The translations under genes and the position numbers were made by a program. A DNA stretch of 61,143 nucleotides, counting the filler, from Basidiobolus ranarum (Eukaryota), in assembly GCA_040143965.1 (NCBI GenBank). It is 17 parts of 17 records of this genome, joined end to end, with 100 filler letters (N's around TTAATTAATTAA, not from the genome) between each part and the next. Parts side by side here need not be neighbours in the genome. Positions count along the whole stretch, not along the records: positions 1 to 3,515 come from JASJQH010002440.1; positions 3,616 to 7,129 come from JASJQH010002441.1; positions 7,230 to 10,741 come from JASJQH010002442.1; positions 10,842 to 14,351 come from JASJQH010002443.1; 13 more parts are not named here. One strand, written 5' to 3'. The notes below the pieces were generated by a model. That model was not told the origin of the DNA. It was given only the letters and a program-made list of their open reading frames with translations, and searched no databases. Below are positions 1 through 11,238 of this stretch, in pieces; position 1 is the first letter of the stretch, and each line of letters starts with the position of its first letter.

Positions 1-111
1 CCACCAAAAAGTATAAATGCTTTATTTCTGGACAATAAACAATTATCTCACAAAGCTATTCACAACTCCACTTTTCTAAAGTTCCTCCAAACAGCCCATA
101 TTTTCCCAATA
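1..111. repeat. 3' part of a ~375-bp LTR (family B), cut by the window/contig start
   Basis: Matches the distal part of the repeats at 14937-15311, 43532-43908 and 51494-51871 (…ggacaataaacaattat…cagcccatattttcccaata). Confidence 0.85.
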
Positions 112-369
112 TTGCTGGTTTTTTTTCTTTTGTGGCAGCAGGCTTTGGCTTGGAAGCCAATTTTAATTTCGATTTTGAATGCTTTTTGAATGACATTGAA
201 ATTGTTAGATGATCAACCTGGTGTAATGAAATTGCTTAGAAGCGGCTTTTAATAAATCAAAATTGCCATCCATTACCGGAAATATCTTGTAAATCCCCTG
301 ATGACACATCTGTGACACTATCTCACAATCAGCTGATGATATTGATGGGCTATACCTAAAATACCACCC

Positions 370-2238
370 TTACATAGGAGGTTATTTTTTTCTATAATAT
401 CCTTCTCATGCCGCAACAAAAATGCTTAAAGAAGCCCTGCTATTAGTGTCACAAGTTCTTGTACTATGAAAGCTGGAGGATTCATAGAAAAAATAATCAC
501 AGGCACAGTCACCATGCAAAGCCATCAGTTGCACAAGGCCAGGTGTATAACAACCGTAATATGTGAACTAAATCAACTTCAGTTTTGCTCATTGAGTTCA
601 CTGACTATACTTTGCCTCAAAGTTTTGGTAACAATGCCAAAAGTCAATATACCATGGAGTACCCACAGTTATATGACCAGAATGATATAGGTAGAAATGC
701 AACTTTGGTCAAACCAGTAAGTCCAGGCAACTTTGGTCAAACCAGTAAGTCCAGACAACTTTGAGGACTTGCTGCTAGATGTTGACTATGGTTGCTCCAG
801 TACTGATGGTAGTATATCAGAAGTTGCAGAAGAAGACAATGGTTTTGTTATGAACTCTTTGTTATCAGCAAACATTAGTACACTCATAACACTGACAGTA
901 AAGGGATCAGCTTTGATAATTGAGGGGTGAAGAGTTCAATCCAATCTTAGCAACCAGGTGTTTATTGGTTTGCTTACACTTTTACCACAGTTGATTGGCA
1001 ATTGTTGCTTGCTACAGACCTGGTACAAGTGGAAAACACTTGTCAGTTGTATGACTTGTGATCATTCAGTAATTAAACTCTCTTCATGTCCAAATGGTTG
1101 TTTGGCTTTCACCGGTGATCTGAAAAGCCTGAAGTCATGTACTGTTTGCACACAATTGTCAATCACTGAATCAGTTATATATTGTTCATATTTGGCTTAC
1201 ATATAATTGATTCCCCATCTTAAAGTTTTGATGAAATCCCCCAAATATAGATGATTGATCCAATACCAAAGTACTCACTGTAAAGCTGATGGTATTACTG
1301 ATGTACTTGATGGATAACACTACCATGGTCTGAAAAGTCAAGGTTTCTTTGAGAACACATATGATCATGCATTTGCATTGGGTCTGGATGGTTTCGTTGC
1401 TAAACAAATATACCATTGGAAAGGCTGGCTGGCCAATAATTTTAATTAACTTAAATCTTCCTCCTTTGGAATGGTATAAGGGTCATAATATTTTGATACT
1501 ATCCATCATATCTGGACCTAAATCACCAGTGCTTATAGATAGCTTCTTGGAGCCTTTGATTGTGGAATTTGAATGGTTATCTAATGGGGTTTAGATGGGT
1601 GAATATTTTATTAAAGCTAATATCATTTTATGTATTGGTGACACTCCTGCCAGCAGTAAACTTGGAGGTTTTTGCAGGCACAATGCACTATTTTGCCGTA
1701 GACTTTGTTAAATTAATGGAGTTTACTCTAACAGGCATATGCATTACCACTATCCAAATACAACATTAAACTTCATGATATTACCATCAAGAGCCCAGTC
1801 AGATTTCAATATGATCACTGATATCAATTCACCAAATAGTCAGTCCAACATCAAGATTGGTATTAGCCATAAGCCTACAATTATATTGCTAAAGGGGATC
1901 TGCTGGAGCCAGAGCTTCCCATTAGGCACTATGCACTTACTATTTAACAACATTACAATACTACTTACACAGCTATATTGTGAAAAATTCAATATGAATG
2001 AGCCATTTGAGATAGGATCCATGTGTGAATTGATTGGGAAAATGCTTGAAAATGTCAAGATAGCATCATATTTTACCAGGACTCCCATCAATATCCACTC
2101 ATCTAGGTATTTATTCAAATACAAAGACTGGAAGTATTGGATTTGTATATATTCAAGTGGAATTTTAAAAAGATTTCTGCCTGATTAGTATTGGCAACAT
2201 TGGCAGTTGTTTGTGGATATTGTTAATGATTCTTACGG
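370..2238 (+). mobile_element. Decayed CACTA/En-Spm (Tnp2/Transposase_21-like) DNA transposon, copy 1
   Basis: Frameshifted fragments read ALGLDGF, GWPIILINLNLPP, ISGPKSP..IDSFLEPL, GDTPA and FPLGTMHLLFNNI. Similar sequence occurs at ~16006-17810, 24500-25168 (minus) and 41860-42957. Confidence 0.8.
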
Positions 2239-3515
2239 TGTAATTGTTTTAGGATGTAAGCAGCAAATATAACTGCAAGATCCTAAGGGTTTTGTGAGGT
2301 GTTCAAAGGGTGCAATAATCATGGTTGAATAATTCTGGGTTGTACCGTAATATGGGTCTGTCTCTTGCGTCTTGGGTCTTTGTGAAAGGGAATGGAGCTT
2401 CTAGAAATGTCTAAGGACTGATAAAAAATAATGCAATGTCCAGCTTTCTGTTGAATAATATGCTGGTGCCTGACAATAGAATATACTGGCTTCAATGTCT
2501 GTTGAGAATGATCAGATAAAAAGGGTATATCTTATCAAAAATAATAGCAAACTCAGCCAGCAGGGTCTTGAACAAGGATGCACCAGTAGTGATTTATCCA
2601 AGGATAAAAAAGTTCCTTGCCTATACAGACAAAGCTAGGGAAAGAATGCAAATATCAGAAATATAACACCTGCCTGTCAGTACTTCCTTGAGCCAGTCAA
2701 GTCCTTTCAAGTCACACAGTAGCCTGTAACTCCCTCTAGTAGTCTCTCTTGAGCTTCCTCTTTGAAGGTCTTGTAAGCAGTGATGAAAATAAGGGGTAAT
2801 CACAAGTACCCTAACAAAAATAAAATCAATTTGATCCAGATTGAATCCACCTTCCCAAATAGCAAAACCATCAGAGAACCATCACAATATTGGTGGCTGG
2901 CATTGTGGCAGGGATTTTGATGGTATTCATTCATGTTAAAACCCTGATCTTTGAATTTGGCAAGCATTGTTGAATATTTGGCAATTTTTGAAAAAATATA
3001 ATTTTTGAATGGCAAATTACTGGGTTTACTGCTGTAGGTATTTGAATTCAAATGCATGCCTTTATTTAGATATCTTAGGCTTTGTATTCCAGCCATAATA
3101 AGAATCAAAAAATACAAAAATGTCATTGTGTTTAGTCACTATGTATGCACATACTTGACTGATTAGATATAACTCAACAACATCAATATGCTTTACAAGC
3201 AAACTAATGGTGGAAAAATTGCTAAATATCTAAAATGTTGAATAGCACTGACACTCGGCAAATAGCTGACTCTTCTTACCATTCATAATGAGAATAAGCT
3301 CCTGGATTTTGGCAAATTTCCATAAAAATCAGCCAATATATCCCAACTTGCAGTCAACAAATGTCCTGCCACAAGTATATGAGTCATTGCTTGAATGGAT
3401 TACCCCATGGCTAAAACAATAATACTGCGTATCTCCATCTATCTCACCAAGAAGTCTGTCTTGCAGCTTTCCTAAAAATACCATCAGATTATCACACAAG
3501 CAAATTAGTCCAATT
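2239..3515 (-). mobile_element. Long LTR of a Gypsy-like element inserted into the CACTA copy
   Basis: 2239-2800 is the reverse complement of ~52740-53305, which is followed there by a PBS and gag. It ends in the LTR terminus (TG on the plus strand at 2239) exactly where CACTA homology stops. The extent beyond ~2800 is less certain. Confidence 0.65.
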
Positions 3516-3615
3516 NNNNNNNNNNNNNNNNNNNNNNNNNNNNNNNNNNNNNNNNNNNNTTAATTAATTAANNNNNNNNNNNNNNNNNNNNNNNNNNNNN
3601 NNNNNNNNNNNNNNN
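3516..3615. other. Artificial contig linker (N-run, TTAATTAATTAA, N-run); first of 16
   Basis: Identical 100-bp linkers start at 3516, 7130, 10742, 14352, 17961, 21565, 25169, 28771, 32373, 35974, 39573, 43171, 46769, 50365, 53959 and 57552. The motif gives stops in all six frames, and contig lengths never increase along the window. Confidence 0.98.
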
Positions 3616-3731
3616 TAACTTTAGTTATAATTTATATCAGAAACAGAAAGCAATGTATCTATAGCCTCTTCCTTCCAAATAGGAATATCTCCAAGTCTAT
3701 GTAACAAGTATGTCTTATTACCACACTTATC

Positions 3732-6700
3732 TGAGAAAAGTGTATAGGGGACTTGGTGGTGTTTTGGATAAGATTTGGATTTGTGAATTAGACACTTAAG
3801 TTTTATTGAATTGAATATGTCCTACTTATAGTTTACTATGCAATAGAACTATTTGATGTGCTTAGATCATAACAAACATGCCTGTTAAGCCTGGGTGAAA
3901 ATTTGAGGTGATTTGGAGATGTTTTGAGAAAATAGTGACAATTGATAAAAGCAATCCAATTGATATTTCTATCATTTAGAGCAATAAACCCACATTTTTC
4001 AATGACAGAATTGAGTGCTAAATAATCAGAATATGAATAAACTAACTATTTAATGTTGAGTTGCTATTTACCTAATTTTAACATTTGCACTCTACTAATT
4101 ATTTTGTATTGCTTTTAAACCTAACTTATATCTTGATAATTCAAATTGTGCTTTAGCTAATGGTTTGGTTAAGATGTAAGCTATCATTTCTTCAGTAGGG
4201 CAACAGACAAGTTCAATTATATCAATCTCTAGTGTTTCCCTAACAAAATGATGTCTAATATCTATATGTTTTGTTCAAGCATGAAATGTAGGGTTTTAGC
4301 TACTGAAATACATCTTTGATTATCTTAAAATAAAGAAATAGCACATTTTTACGTTTATCCTAAGTTTGTAAATAACTTCCTTGTAAACATAGCTTCTTTC
4401 ATAGTAGCAGGGGCATTTGTATACTCTGCTTCTCTACTGGAAAGTGTTATGATTGGTTGCTACTTACTATTCCAAGTTATGGCTCCATTACCATAGAGAT
4501 GAGTGTACACAGTTGTTGATCTTCCATCATCAAATTTCTTCCCCGTCCGCATCACTATAGACTTCAAAATCTCATGCATGAGGAGTGGCAGAGTATTCCA
4601 CAACTGGATCTACAGTTCCTCCCTAATATCTGAATATATAGTTTACTGCAGTTTTGTGCTCAGATCCTGGATTTTTGTGCTATAGGCAGACAGTCCCCAT
4701 GGCCACAGCAATTCTTGATGTGTTCCAACCATTGGATACATTAAACTATCCTCCATGGATTGATGAGGGAACTCCTGGCTTTAATTTGAATCATTTTGAG
4801 CCAAATCAGATGAAATTTTGATCAATTTCACATTAGGCTCCATTGGTGTCAATACAGGCCGGCTATTCACCATGTTGGAGCACTTTAGGATGTCTAGGAT
4901 GAACCTAGACTGATTCAGCATGATTTTCTGATTGGGTTTATCTCTCTGGATATGGATTCTAAGAAAATAACTTAATTCACCCATGTCAGTTATCTGATAT
5001 TGGTTTGATAAGCTACTTTTTGTCTGATTAAGTGCTTCTAGATCATTTGTAGCTATGGTCACAACATCCACATATAGTGCCAATATAAGAATCCTATCTA
5101 CAGTTTTTTTGATGTAAATATTGTGGTCTGCTGTGCATTTTTTGGAATTCCATTGATTCCAAATAGGTACCTATCATGTTGTATCATGCCCTGGGTGCTT
5201 GCTTGAGTCCATATTGCAATTTTTGTAACTTACAGACCATATCAGGATGTTTTGGGTCAAAGAATCCATCTGGTTGCTCCATATCAATCTCTTCTTCAAG
5301 ATTTCCATTCAGAAAGGCTGTTCTTACATCCATTTTAGGTAGATTACAATTATGAGTGGCTAAGAGTGGCAGGATTGATCTAATGAAGCTACACTTAGCT
5401 ACTGGAGCAAATGTTTCAATAAATTCAACTCCCAGAGTCTGGAAAAGCCTGTTGCAACTAATTTTGCTTTATACCTTTCTACTGTTCCATCAGCTTGGTT
5501 TTTGATTTTGTAGGCCCATTTGCAACCTACTGGCTCTCTTCTTGATGGTAGAGGACTTAAAACCCACATTTTATTGCCCTGAAGTGAAGAAAACGCATTT
5601 GACATTGCCTATTCCCATTTGTTTGACTCTGGAAACTTCAGAGCTTGATCTGGAGTCTGTAACTGATCACAGAATGCTGAATAAATGTATACATCATCAT
5701 TGTAAGCGTTTCACCAGTTTCCTGGCTTATTTCTTGTTCTGGATGATCTTCTGAGTCCTGAAACATCCTCTGATGTAATTTGGCCTTGAATTTCAGGTGA
5801 ATAGGGCACAGATATAGCGGCAATCTTGTCAGACACTCCCTGAATAGTGCTGATTGTGTTTTCTGGATCAATAATTGTAATTTTGGGTGGAAACTTGCTT
5901 TTCATCCAAAACCACATCTCTGCATTGGATTAACTACTAATTTTAGTATTACACAGTCTCTAGACCTTAGATTTGTCACAGCAACCAAAAAGTATGCTTT
6001 TTCTGCTTTTTGGTTCCAATTTAGAGCTTTTTGAGCTGGAATTAGGCAATATGCTGTGCAACCATAGATCCTGAGATAATCCACACTTGGCTTTGACTCA
6101 TATAGGGCTTCAAATTGAGTAGAATATTGTAGCAATCTTGCTGGGCATATGTTTTTAACATAGATAGCAGTGGAGACAGATTCAGCCCAATATTGGTAAT
6201 CTAACTTATGATGATGTAACAATGATCTTGCCATCTCCACTATTGTTGTATTAGCACATTGTACAACTCAATTTTGCTGTTGAGTATCAGGTGCAGTAGT
6301 TTGTTGCTTAATTCCATGTTTAGAGCAAAAACTAGTAAACTCAAGGCTTCATATTTTGTTTAGAGAAAGAATACCCAAGTTGATCTTGTTTATCATCAAT
6401 ATAGGATACAAAGTTCTTTTTCCCCCCTAGTGAGTTGTTTTTGATGGGCCCACATAGGTCAGAATGAAGCAGGGCAAAATTTGGAATGGATTTGATTTGC
6501 TTAGAGTCTGAAAATGGCTATCTGTGATGTTTTCCACATATGCAACCTTTGCACAGTTCCATTTTGGTGATATTATATACTTCTAAGCCTGAACAAAGCT
6601 GATTTTGGATCTTTTGGGTCAGTTTTTGTTCCCCAATGTGGCCTAATCTTCTATGTCATGTTTGACAGCTTATATCACTGCTTTTGGCCAGGCTTGCATA

Positions 6701-7072
6701 CTCAGAATGCAATTTGTAAACTTCTAGCTTATATAAGCTTCAAGTTTTTTCCTGGTATGGTATTTGGCATTATTCTGATCAGTGATAGTGCATCCGGCCT
6801 TGTTGAACACAAATTTTAGTCCTGGTGTTTTTGCTTGGCTTACTGAAAGCATTCATGGCTATATTTAGTAAATAGAGTACATCATCCAATTTGGCAAATG
6901 GTGTAGTAGAATTATAGTCTAAATTTGATACAACCGCACCCTTACTAACTGCATCTAATGCATAATCATCACAAAAGTACACTTTCCTTGTTTGGATTAG
7001 TTTTAAGCTGGAAAACATATCTTTCCTGTTTGACATATGCTGGGAAGCTCCTGTATAAATGTACCATGTTTC
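3732..7072 (-). mobile_element. Decayed Ty1/Copia retrotransposon: protease-integrase-RT-RNase H, PPT and 3' LTR (3732-4083)
   Basis: Fragments MARSLLHH..YWAESVSTAIYVKN (integrase), PVGCKWAYKIK..DGTVERYKAKLVA and ALYVD (RT), and KHIDIRHHFVRE (RNase H), in Copia order with INT before RT. Many stops and frameshifts. Confidence 0.92.
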
Positions 7073-7129
7073 TGATAAAAGTGTTTAGGGGATTTGGAAG
7101 TGTTTTGGACAAGATTTGGATTTGTGAAT
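7073..7129 (-). repeat. Copia LTR (family A) end nested in the protease region of the preceding element
   Basis: TGATAAAAGTGTTTAGGGGATT matches the LTR end at 58239 and abuts WYI.TGASQHM protease codons with no PBS or gag in between. Confidence 0.75.
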
Positions 7130-7678
7130 NNNNNNNNNNNNNNNNNNNNNNNNNNNNNNNNNNNNNNNNNNNNTTAATTAATTAANNNNNNNNNNNNNNN
7201 NNNNNNNNNNNNNNNNNNNNNNNNNNNNNCCGAGTGGCGAGTATTTTCTAGGTGTTTGGGGGCTAAGCTATGGGCCTTGAGAAGGCGGTAGGATGAAAAT
7301 CACATGTAGTACATAATGGCAATAGGTCTATTCAGTTTGTACAGAAAGGGCTTTGAGCGCCTCCGAATCACCTTGGATCCTTGTATGTGTCTCACTAGCC
7401 GGCTTATCTGACACCCCCCATAATCCTCAACAAACCTGTTAGCATAGATTTCTTTCTTTTTCGTCCTCACACAGTAGTCGACGTACCAATTATGGCCACT
7501 ATGGTCATTGTACACTATGTATTAGCGAGGCTAACTCAAGTGCCTTTGAACACGGTAGTCATTTCCAGCATTGTGATTGGTGATCCGTTGGGGTTTGGTT
7601 ACACCAACTATGCGAAGGGGATTTATATCAAGACTATCCTCCAGGCTAGTTGGAAACTGACTTCGTATCTCCACTGCA

Positions 7679-10144
7679 ATGGTTCCCGGCGTCGACTCAA
7701 TCATCCAAATAGGAAAAATAGCGTTCGACAAAATACAAGAAAATAAGAATAACGCCCAAGTATCCGAGTATCTTCTGGAGTGCAGAGAGAAAGCCGTTGA
7801 AAATGACATGAAGCGCAGGATCAACATCCTGAGAGAAGAGTTCAATAGAGGCGAGATTAACAGTACTCTGGCCCTCTGCAAGCTAACGATGCTCTCGAAC
7901 GAGAATCCTGTCCAGGAAGCAAACCTCGTCAACAACGTCCAGCAGTTCTACTCTACAAACACCGCATACTACAACGTATTTAAGGACAATATATTGAATG
8001 AGTTTTTCCTGGACAAGGATGAAGCGTACATGTTCAACAACGGACACAATATTAATTGCTACGTGAATTACTGTCTGGAGAGCAGTATCGATCCCGTTAC
8101 CATGGCCAATATGAAAATCAACAGAGATGAAATCAAAGAGTACGACACCGAGGAGTTAATCCGTTTGATCTGTACCGTGCGTGACACTATCAAGTCCACT
8201 GACTTCAACAAAGATCTTAGCGCGGTGAACAACTACATCGAGCAACTCAAGCAATCCGAATTCACAGTCAGCCTATTTGGGGAGGTGAACAGTGGCAAAT
8301 CCACTATTATCAACACCATTATTGACCTGAATTTGGCATTTACAAATGTCGAGACATGTACTGCAGTCCCCGTGATATATGAAAATGATTGTGCGCAGAA
8401 TGAACCGGTGTTACACTTAGGGGAACACTTCCATGCATACGGGCTTGGTGCCATGTATGAAGGAGAGGAGATTTCCGCGGTGTTGAAGAAACTGAACGAT
8501 ATTGTCCGCGAAAACTCGATAAAGCTAAGCTTCGTTCAATGGCCAGTGGTTAAAGTCTCTTTTAATGGAATCAACAGCAAAATTCGCATCATTGATACAC
8601 CAGGCATATCAGAGAAAGATCCCACTTTGTTGCAATACGCTAAGCTAGCACTAACGCACTCTGTGTGCATGATGGTGATATTCCCATGCGATAAGATTAA
8701 TACAACTTCGGAAAATGCGATAAAAGCCTACACTGATTCGGTTATTAATAAAGGGAAGCATCTCTGCCTCATTGCGAACAGATGGGATGAGTACGAAAGG
8801 GGCCTGGACCCAACCGAGAAGAGAATTAAGAGGGAAGAGCTGACCAAGCGGTTCAAGCACAAAGGGTACAGCAAAGTGTTCATTACTACAGGGAGCAACG
8901 CATTCCACACATCCCAGATGCAAAAAATCTTGCAGAGTGGCCAAAAGCCCGCCTGGAGGGAGGCGAGGATATGGGTTGACAAATGCCTGTCTAATGCAGT
9001 GACCACTTCGGAAGATTTAGAGGAAGAATATGAGGGATACAGTACTAATGAATTGCAGAGAAAACTCACAAGGATACTCACCAATTCTGGAGTCTCTGAG
9101 CTAGTGACCTATCTGGACACCGGCCTGAGCAAGGATATTCAGCAAGAGACAATCATGTACATCTGCAATAATATGATAAAGGAGCTGTCGTTCTTTGAGT
9201 CATTAAGAGGTCCGATCAGAGACTCCGGAATCATGAGCATCTCTGACGCAGAGCAGCAACTGAATATGAACAATAACAGCAAAATTCTGCTCAACAAATC
9301 CCTAGACAGATGGAAGAGCCATATAGCCAGTCAGAAGTGCCGACTGATGGAACTTGTCACACCCGAAATTAAGGATATGAACACCACATTGAAGCAGGTT
9401 CTTTATAGTAGATATGAGGCCATCAAATCAGAAATTGAGAGCGCTCAAATGAAGGGATACAAGGCGGCAGCCAAGGAGAGCATTTCCAAAAGCAACCAAC
9501 GAGATATTATCTTCTTCAAAGACAAGGAGAACGAAGTGATAAACCAAATCTTCCGGAAGATCGACGATGCCCTTTTTGCCACTGTGAGATTCAAAATCAA
9601 AAGTATCAACGAGAGCCTGGTTAATACGTTATACACGCTAAAGACTGAGCTAAGAGATAGCTGCGAAGACTGGAATATTGTGTCCTTTATCGATGAAGTC
9701 AGAATACACGACTACATTTTCGATGAAAAGAATGTGAAGAAGGTCACTAACATAGCCGTATACAAGGTTAATGTAGAGCGACCAATGATATTGCGCGTCT
9801 TTGGCTCCAAGGAGAGAGAAAGTCGAGATAGGTTGTGCATCAAAGAGGTAAATTTTAGGTGTAGTATTGATGCTATTGTTGACGATTTGATTAACAAATT
9901 CGACTGCAATATCCGCCTACACATTTGCCGCCATATTGAGAGCTACACTAGTTACATTGAGAGAGGTAGTAATGGCATCCTAGATGCCATTGACACCAAC
10001 ATTCGCAAATTCCAAAACGACAAGACAGAAGCATTAGAAAGTTTGGGTCTCAGAATCCGGAGTGATCTCAAGTTGAATTCTTGCAACAGAATTTTAGGAA
10101 AGATCAGACGTAAGTATCTTGATGGCATAGACCGTAGTCATTAG
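7679..10144 (+). CDS. Dynamin-like GTPase (bacterial dynamin-like, CrfC/YjdA-type), 821 aa, intronless
   Basis: G1 GEVNSGKST, G2 TCT, G3 DTPG and G4 NRWD, flanked by helical/coiled-coil regions. The 2.46-kb ORF is uninterrupted and retains CpG. Confidence 0.85.
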   Translation: MVPGVDSIIQIGKIAFDKIQENKNNAQVSEYLLECREKAVENDMKRRINILREEFNRGEINSTLALCKLTMLSNENPVQEANLVNNVQQFYSTNTAYYNVFKDNILNEFFLDKDEAYMFNNGHNINCYVNYCLESSIDPVTMANMKINRDEIKEYDTEELIRLICTVRDTIKSTDFNKDLSAVNNYIEQLKQSEFTVSLFGEVNSGKSTIINTIIDLNLAFTNVETCTAVPVIYENDCAQNEPVLHLGEHFHAYGLGAMYEGEEISAVLKKLNDIVRENSIKLSFVQWPVVKVSFNGINSKIRIIDTPGISEKDPTLLQYAKLALTHSVCMMVIFPCDKINTTSENAIKAYTDSVINKGKHLCLIANRWDEYERGLDPTEKRIKREELTKRFKHKGYSKVFITTGSNAFHTSQMQKILQSGQKPAWREARIWVDKCLSNAVTTSEDLEEEYEGYSTNELQRKLTRILTNSGVSELVTYLDTGLSKDIQQETIMYICNNMIKELSFFESLRGPIRDSGIMSISDAEQQLNMNNNSKILLNKSLDRWKSHIASQKCRLMELVTPEIKDMNTTLKQVLYSRYEAIKSEIESAQMKGYKAAAKESISKSNQRDIIFFKDKENEVINQIFRKIDDALFATVRFKIKSINESLVNTLYTLKTELRDSCEDWNIVSFIDEVRIHDYIFDEKNVKKVTNIAVYKVNVERPMILRVFGSKERESRDRLCIKEVNFRCSIDAIVDDLINKFDCNIRLHICRHIESYTSYIERGSNGILDAIDTNIRKFQNDKTEALESLGLRIRSDLKLNSCNRILGKIRRKYLDGIDRSH

Positions 10145-10471
10145 AAGATTATCCTCTTAGTGTAAAGTGAATACCACAGTATGGTTGTCTATGAACCTTT
10201 AGAATGTCTATCAAGAGATAACTACCATACTTAAAGGTCCTTGCAAGAAATCCGTTTCAAGGAGCATAAACTCGTGCTACCTAGTCAAGTAGAGTGAGAT
10301 ATGTGTATGTATCACATTGCAATATGCGCCCTGTTGATGAATAAACAAGCATTATTGCGCTCGTTGGTTAACTATTGCAGTACTTCAGAACCTCTAGTTT
10401 ACTACACTGTGCATTTATGCAATAACAATACTCTCATATGGGTATTCCTCCCCAGCTGTTACCCACTGTTA

Positions 10472-10741
10472 CTATACATAGGGGTTAGGGTTAGGGGGAT
10501 GAAAAGCACCTAGTGGTGTGAACTTTATTTAGCTTATATACTAATCTAAAGAAAGTGACAATTAAAACACAAATCTCTTAAGATATTGTGACAATACTGG
10601 ATCATACCCATACTTAAATTGATGACCAACGTAATCAAGCTCAGAGGATGTAAATATAGTGTTAAGGGGTAAAGGTGGTAAGCAGAAAGGAAGGTACTCA
10701 GTGCAAACCAGATGGACAATAGGACAAAAACCTGGAATAAT
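10472..10741 (+). repeat. Dispersed repeat beginning with TTAGGG units (candidate DNA-transposon end)
   Basis: 10472-~10700 is the reverse complement of 43271-43499 (GGTTAGGGTTAGGGGGATGAAAAGCACC…AGCAGAAAGGAAGGTACT). Confidence 0.85.
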
Positions 10742-10841
10742 NNNNNNNNNNNNNNNNNNNNNNNNNNNNNNNNNNNNNNNNNNNNTTAATTAATTAANNN
10801 NNNNNNNNNNNNNNNNNNNNNNNNNNNNNNNNNNNNNNNNN

Positions 10842-11164
10842 CCATATTTTCCACCGCTTCCGCCGCCATTACCTCCATAGTCACCACCTGATCCACCGCC
10901 ACCACCACCGTATTTTCCCCCACTTCCACCACCATTACCTCCGTAATCGCCACCTGATCCACCGCCACCATTACCACCATAGCGATCACTTACTGCACCT
11001 CCACCATTACCACCACCACCGGTATTATGACTGCCATAAGAGATACCCTTTCCTTCGCCTCCTCCAGAGTAATCCTTGGTGTTATAGCTTCGTTCAAGTA
11101 CAGCAGCATTAACCATGGCCCAGGTGGACACAGCAAAGAGAATTTTAGCAGAAGAGAATTTCAT
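10842..11164 (-). CDS. Secreted glycine-rich repeat protein (3'-truncated by the contig end)
   Basis: Signal-peptide-like MKFSSAKILFAVSTWAMVNAA followed by YGGNGGGSGG(D/K) repeats. TATAAATA lies ~70 bp upstream on the minus strand. Confidence 0.8.
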
Positions 11165-11230
11165 TTTGATAAATAAAGTAGAGAAGTAATGATACTTATG
11201 ATATGTTAAAACCTAGAATCTCGGGAGGGA

Positions 11231-11238
11231 TATTTATA
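11231..11238 (-). promoter_or_regulatory. TATA box of the glycine-rich gene
   Basis: TATAAATA on the minus strand upstream of the ATG at 11164. Confidence 0.55.

Noticed and set aside
700-762. 28-bp tandem duplication in CACTA copy 1
   Set aside because: A simple slippage duplication absent from copy 2, with no functional implication.
7679-10144. Annotating the dynamin-like ORF as mitofusin Fzo1 or as bacterial contamination
   Set aside because: No evident transmembrane hairpin, and the motifs fit the CrfC-type better. There is no operon-like neighbour, and a host repeat lies on the same contig.
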